From Clostridia bacterium (GTDB lineage: Bacteria; Bacillota; Clostridia; JAAYHZ01), in contig JBMNIH010000008.1 in the NCBI GenBank assembly GCA_050950825.1, positions 32,001-96,000 of the forward strand: 64,000 nucleotides of DNA. Direction: 5' to 3'. Below the pieces are notes generated by a model, which did not search any database, had not been told where the DNA came from, and worked only from the letters and a program-made list of their open reading frames with translations. Below, in pieces: positions 57,392 through 64,000 of this stretch (its first letter is position 1; the number at the start of each line of letters is the position of its first letter). The position numbers and the translations under genes were made by a program.

Positions 57392-57421
57392 ATTATACAT
57401 AGGACCAAGTCCTATTGTAAA
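57392..57421 (-). promoter_or_regulatory. Sigma-A-like promoter with a palindrome filling its spacer
   Basis: TTTACA-ATAGGAC TTG GTCCTAT G-TATAAT (18-bp spacer). Confidence 0.6.
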
Positions 57422-57476
57422 GGGTTCTTGTTCCTCTTTCCAAATTTTATCACGGTTTTAACATTTTCTATAACAT

Positions 57477-57526
57477 AAAAAACGCCGCTTCTTTTTCGGC
57501 ATTGCAGAAGAAGCGGCGGTATTTTT
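57477..57526 (-). terminator. Intrinsic terminator of the solute-binding protein gene
   Basis: CGCCGCTTCTT...AAGAAGCGGCG hairpin with A/T tails. Confidence 0.8.
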
Positions 57527-57533
57527 AATTCTC

Positions 57534-59402
57534 TTAATAGTACAGTGTGGATTTGTCAATATTGTACAAGCCGAATTCGGGACGGTTGAAGATCTCAACA
57601 TATTGCTCCAATCCGGCGCGGTACAAGGCATCGATGTAATTTCCCCATTCGGCGTAGATATCTGCCAATTCTCCGTTGAACGCTTTGTTTCGGAAGTCGT
57701 TGGCAATAGTCATAATATCCGAATTGACGTTGTTGCGAAGCTCGATATATTCGTCATACATTTCGTTACCCATATACAGTCGGCTGATCAATTTGTCGGG
57801 TTCCAGCGTGTACTTCATATACCAGCCGTTTTGTACTTGGAAATCGCAAAGCTGCATGAACCATTCGCTGACCATGGACCATTTTTTAAAGTCCATTAAG
57901 AACTTATCGGTGGCGAAAATGGCTTGGATGGCGCTGTTGGCATACTTTCTGGGTATTTTGCTTGCATCCGTTAAAATGACGGCGCTGTTGTAGGGCTCTC
58001 CCGACCATGTGTAGTGAATGCCTTCAATTCCGTAATAGTAACGATAGAAGCCTTCGTCGGTAAAGTGGGTGTAGCGAAGAAGAGCCAATGCTCTTTCCAG
58101 CTTTTCATCGGTACAGCCGTGGCCGAATGTCCATGTTCCGTAAGCTCCGTCTCTAAAGGGCAAATCCACATAGCGTTTGTTGCCCCCGATACCGTCCGGA
58201 CCTACGATGGCGGGAACCACAACAAACCGAGCATCGGGATGCACCTTTTGAATGCCTTGGGGGATACCGTTTTCAATTCGAACGGGGCTTCCCGGGTTCA
58301 TGTTAAACCATGTATCCAAGGGGAAGTGACCGTATGCTCCGGTAAGAACGGCTCCGTAGAAGTTGCCTGCATAATCTCCACCGGCGATATCCACCATATA
58401 CTTCATGTAGCCTTTCGTCAGCATATCGTTGATGAAGATCAAAAAGTCTCTCCAACCGGGATGAGCATAGGAAGGCACATAGTTTCCGGATATTTCGTCA
58501 TAGTACAGCCAAGTCGTATAGCTTTGGGTTATACCGAACATACCGGTATAAATATCGGTCCAATGGCTGCCATAGGAAGGACCGGTTAAAGGCCACATGG
58601 CGCCGTAGGTATCGTCGTTGCCGTTGCCGTCCGGGTCGTCTTCGGTAAAGGCTCTTAAGATATCCAAATATTCTTCATAGCTGAAAATATGGTTTGATAA
58701 GAATACCACACCTTCCGCACATTGTTGGAATGATTCGGCGGTAATTCGCACTTCCGTCAAATCGTCAATGGCATACCCCACGTTTTCAAGCCAGTCCAAA
58801 CGGAAACAATTGACATGGTACCAATAGTTGTTTTGAGCGTAGCAGAAGGACAAACCGTAGTAGTGGCCGGGTTCGTCTTCGATATGATTCACCTTAAACC
58901 CGATCGGGTTGCTTTCCAATATGGCGTAATATTCCGGAAGCATGTTTCGAATTTGCTCTAACGAGATATTCCTGGTTAATCCTTCATCGTAAGCGCGGTA
59001 AGGATCGTAACCGTTTACGTATCCGGTGTCAGCCCAATCTCCGGCCGCCGCCATCATGGTACACTGCTCCGCGTTATAGGCGTCAATGGTCCACACTTGA
59101 ATGTCGATGTTGAACTTCTCTTCCAGCTCCAGCTCATCCCAACGCACTTCGTCGTATTTGTCCGTGAATCGGACCAAGTATGTAAGCTCCAAATGCTTGG
59201 CAAAGGGATTCGCTTCCGTTGTTGTTTCGGCATTCGTAGTCGTTGACTGTGCTGCCGTCGTTTGCGCAGCCGTCGTTGTAACCGCCTTTGTAGTGGTTGC
59301 CGCCGTTGTCGTTTGATCGGGTGTCTTCGTATTTTCCGTTGCACTGCAAGAAATGAAAAACAGCATGGACAAAAGCAGCAGCAAAGATGTTACTTTTCTC
59401 AT
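57534..59402 (-). CDS. Orphan extracellular sugar solute-binding lipoprotein (LplA-like)
   Basis: Lipobox FISC, Thr/Ala-rich linker, EEKFNI, R.DWLE..G, AF...DPDGNG.DD, YGIEG.HY. No adjacent permease genes. Confidence 0.8.
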   Translation of the reverse strand: MRKVTSLLLLLSMLFFISCSATENTKTPDQTTTAATTTKAVTTTAAQTTAAQSTTTNAETTTEANPFAKHLELTYLVRFTDKYDEVRWDELELEEKFNIDIQVWTIDAYNAEQCTMMAAAGDWADTGYVNGYDPYRAYDEGLTRNISLEQIRNMLPEYYAILESNPIGFKVNHIEDEPGHYYGLSFCYAQNNYWYHVNCFRLDWLENVGYAIDDLTEVRITAESFQQCAEGVVFLSNHIFSYEEYLDILRAFTEDDPDGNGNDDTYGAMWPLTGPSYGSHWTDIYTGMFGITQSYTTWLYYDEISGNYVPSYAHPGWRDFLIFINDMLTKGYMKYMVDIAGGDYAGNFYGAVLTGAYGHFPLDTWFNMNPGSPVRIENGIPQGIQKVHPDARFVVVPAIVGPDGIGGNKRYVDLPFRDGAYGTWTFGHGCTDEKLERALALLRYTHFTDEGFYRYYYGIEGIHYTWSGEPYNSAVILTDASKIPRKYANSAIQAIFATDKFLMDFKKWSMVSEWFMQLCDFQVQNGWYMKYTLEPDKLISRLYMGNEMYDEYIELRNNVNSDIMTIANDFRNKAFNGELADIYAEWGNYIDALYRAGLEQYVEIFNRPEFGLYNIDKSTLYY

Positions 59403-59844
59403 TGATACTCCTCCTAATTCTTTTCACAGAAATCTTTTTTACGAAAACTACATTACAATCCCCGTTAAGAGATATGATGACCTAATGACGCCGCTTATTC
59501 GGTTCGAAAGAAACAAAACTTCCTTTCTCACCTCCTATCATGTTAATGATTGAGATGATTAAAAGACCTATGATACCATGGAATAATGTATTTTTAATTC
59601 ATACTATATATGTTTTGCTTACTAACATAAATTATATCTATTGTCAACGTGAAAATATAATTTCCATTTATATTTTATATATCCTCTAAAATTCCTTGTT
59701 TCCCTAAATTATTTTCTTTCTTCTTTTTGCTTTCTGCGGTTCAAACCGTGCCCGTACAATGCTATTGAAAACAAAAAACCTTTACTATATAATGAAACAA
59801 GAACGGCTATTGACGAAAATTTTAAATAGCGTAAGGAGAAGATT

Positions 59845-60759
59845 ATGCCCGGTTTTTTCGGTTTATTTGATTTTACAAAGCCCGGTAAAGGTGTTGAAAA
59901 AGATGCACCTAAAAAGGCCGCTTTTATTGTCTTTTTTGAATTGCTAGGAAGAAAGGCTTGGACGCTAACAAAGCTCAATTTCATGTTTTTGCTTTTTAAT
60001 TTGCCTGCATTGGTGATCGCCTTTTTCCTCACATACATCTTTATACCCGATTTATCGGTACTGTTGGAAACCGAAATTGTTGCGGACCAGCATGCGGCAA
60101 TCGGCGTAGTATATATCCGAGCCATTATAGGGCTTTTATTCTGCGTGGTACCGGTCATTACGGTTGGGCCGTTTCAATGCGGCTTTTCCTATATCATCCG
60201 AAACATCATAAGAGAAGAGCCTTCATTTTTATGGGGTGATTTCATTGAACACACGAAGAATAATTGGAAACAGGCGTTAGCCGTAACCCTTATCGACATC
60301 GTGGTCTTTAGCATCATTCTATATGCTTTATCCTTCTACTATTCCCAAGAATCTTCTATGGGATCGTTTTTGTTCGGTATCGTCATTGTGGGATTGGGCA
60401 TCTTTTTAATGATGCACCTTTTCATGTATACCATGCTGGTCACCTTTAATGTTACGTTGAAACAGCTGTATTCCAATTGCTTCAAGTTTGCCATGATCAA
60501 ATTTATCCCCAATGCGTTAATCCTTCTGCTTTGCTTTGCGATTACATTGTTGCCGTTTCTCATCCCCTCCGTCGGATTTTCCCTGGGGATTGTTCTGCTT
60601 CTTTTGTTTACTTTCAGTTTTAACGGTTACATCATTAATTTTTACGCCTATCCCTTAATGAAAAAGTACATGCTGGACAAACCGCCGGTCGGAGCGGCGG
60701 AAGATCAACCCGGCGAAGAATCCTCCGACGATACGGATAAGCAAGAGCGGCAAGATTAA
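59845..60759 (+). CDS. DUF624 (YesL-like) membrane protein
   Basis: KPGKGV, ITVGP, F....K.NWKQAL, multiple TM helices. AAGGAG RBS. Confidence 0.82.
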   Translation: MPGFFGLFDFTKPGKGVEKDAPKKAAFIVFFELLGRKAWTLTKLNFMFLLFNLPALVIAFFLTYIFIPDLSVLLETEIVADQHAAIGVVYIRAIIGLLFCVVPVITVGPFQCGFSYIIRNIIREEPSFLWGDFIEHTKNNWKQALAVTLIDIVVFSIILYALSFYYSQESSMGSFLFGIVIVGLGIFLMMHLFMYTMLVTFNVTLKQLYSNCFKFAMIKFIPNALILLLCFAITLLPFLIPSVGFSLGIVLLLLFTFSFNGYIINFYAYPLMKKYMLDKPPVGAAEDQPGEESSDDTDKQERQD

Positions 60760-60771
60760 TAAGTTTGCAAT

Positions 60772-60801
60772 AAAAAACTCGAGGGCACCCCTCGAGTTTT
60801 T
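60772..60801. terminator. Bidirectional intrinsic terminator
   Basis: AAAAAACTCGAGGG-CAC-CCCTCGAGTTTTT. Confidence 0.88.
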
Positions 60802-60828
60802 AATATGCAAAATTTTCTTTTTTTAAAG

Positions 60829-61584
60829 TCAAACAACAAAGATATCCGACATGCTGTACATTCCGGCAGGCTTGTCCGCTAAAAATTTCACCGCTTTCAT
60901 GGCACCGGCGGCAAAGATTTCTTTGGAATTGGCTTGGTGCCTAAATTCAATGACCTCATCCAGACCCGCAAACAAGATGCTGTGCTCCCCTACAATGGTT
61001 CCGCCTCGAACGGCATGAATGCCGATTTCGGCCTTATCTCTTTTTTTCCTTACGGCATGGCGGTCGTAGGTATAGTTTTTCGGAGTCTTTACCGCTTGGT
61101 TTATTGCATCCGCTATGGCTAACGCCGTTCCGGAAGGAGCGTCGATTTTTTGGTTGTGGTGTTTTTCTATAATTTCGATGTCGAATTGGTCTTCGAGAAT
61201 AACGGCCGTCTTTTTCACCAATTCAATGAGCAAATTGATGCCTAAAGACATATTGGCCGAGTAAAACACCGGAATAACCGAGGACGCCTCCTTAAGCATG
61301 TCCTTTTGTTTATCGTTTAAACCTGTTGTTGCGACAACAACAGGTATTTTCTTACTCGTGCAATATGCCAAAAGACCTTCCAAAGCGTTGGGATTGCTGA
61401 AATCCACCGCCACGTCTCCTTCTTCTTTGATAAGATCAAAGCTTTTGTACACCGGATAATCCGACAGCTGTTTATCGTACAGGTCGCATCCTGCGACAAT
61501 TTTCACCGAAGGATCGTTCGCGCATATTCTTGTCACGACTTGACCCATTTTCCCGTTGCATCCGGAAAGTATTATTCTGATCAT
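60829..61584 (-). CDS. dapB: 4-hydroxy-tetrahydrodipicolinate reductase
   Basis: GCNGKMG, DFS, ATTG, ANMSLG, EKHHNQKIDAPSGTA, RGG.IVGEH. Confidence 0.96.
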   Translation of the reverse strand: MIRIILSGCNGKMGQVVTRICANDPSVKIVAGCDLYDKQLSDYPVYKSFDLIKEEGDVAVDFSNPNALEGLLAYCTSKKIPVVVATTGLNDKQKDMLKEASSVIPVFYSANMSLGINLLIELVKKTAVILEDQFDIEIIEKHHNQKIDAPSGTALAIADAINQAVKTPKNYTYDRHAVRKKRDKAEIGIHAVRGGTIVGEHSILFAGLDEVIEFRHQANSKEIFAAGAMKAVKFLADKPAGMYSMSDIFVV

Positions 61585-61595
61585 TCTTCCTCTCC

Positions 61596-62474
61596 TTAAA
61601 TCAATCCGTAATTTCTTGCGGCGGCTGCCAATTTGTCTTCATTGGCCGGCAGCATATCCGTCAAAGGCATGCGGCACTTACCGCAGTCAAACCCGATAAA
61701 GGACATGGCCTTTTTAACGGGAACGGGATTCACTTCGATAAACAAGGCTTCGGCAAAAGGCAAGATCTTGTAATAGAGCTCTCTTGCTGCAATAATATCT
61801 TGACGCAGCCATTTTCTTACCATGGTACTGACATCCTTGGGAATGACGTTGGACGCAACGGATATTAAGCCTTTGCCGCCGATCGCCAATAATTGCAGTA
61901 CCTCGGGATCGTTTCCGGAATAGACGGCAAAATCGTCACGAACATTGCCGATGATATGAGGAGCCTGTGCAAGGTTGCATTCCTTTAAACCGACTATGTT
62001 TTCGATCTTCGACAAGGATTGGACGGTTTTTGCGTCAATGTTAAGACCCGTTCTCGAAGGAACGTTGTATAAAATCATAGGGATGTCAATGGAATTGGCA
62101 ATCATACGAAAATGCTCGTACAATCCGCTTTGGGTCGTTTTATTGTAATACGGTGTTACCGATAGAATGGCGTCGGCTCCCAATTCCTGCGCTTTTTTGC
62201 TCAAATAGATGGCATGCTTTGTATCGTTGCTTCCGGTTCCGGCAATGACAGGAACTCTTTTTGCCGTTTTTTCCACGACAAAGCGTATGGCATCGAGATG
62301 CTCTTCGTCCGGCATGGTAGACGCTTCCCCGGTGGTTCCGCATACAACCAATGCATCGATGCCGTTTTCAATCTGAAAATCGACGATTTTTCCAAACGTC
62401 TCAAAATCAATTCCGTCATCTTTGAATGGCGTAACTAACGCCGTAGCGGTCCCGATAAAAACTTCCTTACTCAT
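61596..62474 (-). CDS. dapA: 4-hydroxy-tetrahydrodipicolinate synthase
   Basis: ALVTPF, GTTGE, GTGSN, TPYYNK, LYNVPSRTG, GLKE, NPVPVK. Confidence 0.96.
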   Translation of the reverse strand: MSKEVFIGTATALVTPFKDDGIDFETFGKIVDFQIENGIDALVVCGTTGEASTMPDEEHLDAIRFVVEKTAKRVPVIAGTGSNDTKHAIYLSKKAQELGADAILSVTPYYNKTTQSGLYEHFRMIANSIDIPMILYNVPSRTGLNIDAKTVQSLSKIENIVGLKECNLAQAPHIIGNVRDDFAVYSGNDPEVLQLLAIGGKGLISVASNVIPKDVSTMVRKWLRQDIIAARELYYKILPFAEALFIEVNPVPVKKAMSFIGFDCGKCRMPLTDMLPANEDKLAAAARNYGLI

Positions 62475-62490
62475 TCTAAAACCTCCAAAT

Positions 62491-63483
62491 TCACATTCGT
62501 TGGATCAAAAGTTCAGCGATCTGAACCGCATTTGTCGCAGCGCCTTTTCGAATGTTGTCGGCTACGACCCACAAATTGATTCCGTGTTCCACACTCTCGT
62601 CTTTACGAATTCTTCCTACAAAAACTTCGTCTTTATCTTTTGCGTTAATGGCCATGGGATACACTTTATTCTTCACGTCGTCTTGCACAACAATACCCTT
62701 GCTTTCGGACAGTACTTTACGAAGAAGGTCCAAATCAACAGGGCGTTCACATTCCACGTTTATGGATTCGCTGTGGCAATCGAAAACGGGAACCCTTACG
62801 GTAGTAGCCGTTACTCTTAAGTTCGGCAAGCCCATAATCTTCCGGGTTTCGTTTACCATTTTCATTTCTTCTTTAGTGTACCCGTTATCCAGAAAATCGT
62901 CAATGTGGGGCAGGCAATTGTTTGCAATGGGATGCGGGAATTTTTCCGGAGGCAAACCTTCCAGCCCGTTCTTTAAATCGTTGTAGCCGGCCATACCTGC
63001 ACCCGATACGGCTTGGTATGTGGAATAGACCACTCTTTTAATTCCGAACAAATCATGAATCGGCTTCAATACCACAACGGCTTGGATTGTAGAGCAGTTA
63101 GGATTGGCAATGATTCCCTTATGGTTTTCCAAAGCGGTAGGATTAACCTCCGGAACCACCAAAGGAACCCCCGGATCCATTCTCCATGCGCTGCTGTTGT
63201 CCACAACGATGCAGCCTTTCGAAGCGGCAATCGGTGCAAAAATTTTGCTGTTGGATGCACCGGCCGAGAATAACGCTATATCGAATCCTCTATCAAAAGA
63301 GGTTTCCGTCAACTCCTCTACAATAACCGTTTTGCCTTTAAATTGTATTTCTTTGCCCTTCGACCTTGCCGAAGCGAAGACAGCGATTTCATCAATCGGG
63401 AAATCTCTTTCTTCCAGCACTTTTAATATGGTCCTGCCGACCATACCTGTTGCTCCTACTACTGCCAATCTGATCTTTTTCAT
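62491..63483 (-). CDS. asd: Aspartate-semialdehyde dehydrogenase
   Basis: VGATGMVG, DNSSAWRM, VPEVN, ANPNCST, YQAVSGAG, DNIRKGAA.NAVQIAE. Confidence 0.97.
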   Translation of the reverse strand: MKKIRLAVVGATGMVGRTILKVLEERDFPIDEIAVFASARSKGKEIQFKGKTVIVEELTETSFDRGFDIALFSAGASNSKIFAPIAASKGCIVVDNSSAWRMDPGVPLVVPEVNPTALENHKGIIANPNCSTIQAVVVLKPIHDLFGIKRVVYSTYQAVSGAGMAGYNDLKNGLEGLPPEKFPHPIANNCLPHIDDFLDNGYTKEEMKMVNETRKIMGLPNLRVTATTVRVPVFDCHSESINVECERPVDLDLLRKVLSESKGIVVQDDVKNKVYPMAINAKDKDEVFVGRIRKDESVEHGINLWVVADNIRKGAATNAVQIAELLIQRM

Positions 63484-63565
63484 AGCACCCTCCAATTATA
63501 TACACTTTATTATATGCGCAAATGATAAAATGTTTAAATGACGGCTTCCGGTCTTATGATTGAGT

Positions 63566-63595
63566 AAAAAATAAAACCGGCATTTGTGCCGGCTT
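63566..63595 (-). terminator. Riboswitch-controlled terminator in the asd leader
   Basis: Minus strand: AAGCCGGCA-CAAA-TGCCGGTTTTATTTTT. Confidence 0.8.
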
Positions 63596-63629
63596 CCGCT
63601 AACAATTATAAATAGACAAATTGCGGTCG

Positions 63630-63803
63630 GAAGATAGCACTCCATCAAGTAACTTGATGACAGTTTTAAGGCTCTTAACCTTAAACCCAGAAGAAAACGT
63701 TCGGACCCGTTCTCTTCTTCGGCATCTTTTCCTTTCAACGAAGATCGTCAAGCACCGTGCTCTCCCTTTCGTTTACTCATAAAAAATGCGCCTCTATCAT
63801 TCA
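63630..63803 (-). promoter_or_regulatory. Lysine riboswitch (L-box)
   Basis: GATAGAGGCGC...ATGAGTA...GAAAGG...GCCGAA...CTGGG...ACTGTCA...TGGAGTGCTATC upstream of asd-dapA-dapB. Confidence 0.93.
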
Positions 63804-63820
63804 CCTCTTTCGGTTAATTT

Positions 63821-63849
63821 ACTATACCATCATTCCGGTTCGTTGTCAA
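63821..63849 (-). promoter_or_regulatory. Sigma-A promoter of the asd operon
   Basis: TTGACA-17-TATAGT with extended TG. Confidence 0.8.
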
Positions 63850-63866
63850 TTCTTATTTTATCAATT

Positions 63867-63892
63867 AAAAAGCGGCCGGAAGTCCGGCCGCT
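63867..63892 (-). terminator. Intrinsic terminator of the upstream gene
   Basis: AGCGGCCGGA-CT-TCCGGCCGCTTTTT on the minus strand. Confidence 0.85.
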
Positions 63893-63902
63893 CCCTATTT
63901 CT

Positions 63903-64000
63903 TTATTGTCCGATCATGTTCGGTTTCGGTGAAGGCATGTCCTTGTTCACCGCAGGCAATGCGTATTCGTTATTGGCTGTGTTGTTTTCCGTGATTTTAT
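63903..64000 (-). CDS. C-terminal fragment of an unidentified CDS running off the window
   Basis: Open frame KITENNTANNEYALPAVNKDMPSPKPNMIGQ* ending just before a terminator. Confidence 0.45.
   Translation of the reverse strand, partial: KITENNTANNEYALPAVNKDMPSPKPNMIGQ

Noticed and set aside
59210-59320. GTT/GCC-rich quasi-repeats
   Set aside because: They encode the Thr/Ala linker of the lipoprotein; not a CRISPR array or VNTR.
63496-63738. 80-aa ORF upstream of asd
   Set aside because: Lies within the lysine riboswitch and its terminator.
1-64000. CRISPR arrays, rRNA, prophage or defence genes
   Set aside because: No repeat-spacer pattern or recognisable cas, phage, rRNA or defence signatures seen by eye.

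Overview
Chromosomal window of a spore-forming Clostridia-like firmicute; most genes are on the minus strand. From left to right: the end of a CYTH gene, a DnaA-box cluster, and a ~13 kb uncharacterised sugar-acid/oxidoreductase operon around uxaC that includes a decayed tandem duplicate. Housekeeping genes follow (yebC, yigZ, dut, U32, zapA, rsmA, yabE). Two intact Mutator-type insertion sequences (IS256, 22933-24482; ISLre2, 24512-26507) are stacked in one promoter region. Next come URO-D/Gfo/heparinase-II/III modules, prfB with its +1 frameshift, an aminotransferase/Lrp pair, secG, tldD/pmbA, yhaM, the cdaA-cdaR-(FAD protein)-glmM operon, tRNA-Leu(TAG), ECF genes, an orphan sugar-binding lipoprotein, and asd-dapA-dapB under a lysine riboswitch. 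The most striking observation: both IS elements, from different families, carry the same ~160-nt rod-shaped structured element downstream of their transposases. It has conserved loops, five compensatory base-pair changes and strand-diagnostic G-U pairs, and lies in opposite orientation relative to the two transposases. It is a candidate IS-borne ncRNA or nested passenger element. All calls come from reading the sequence; no database searches were run.
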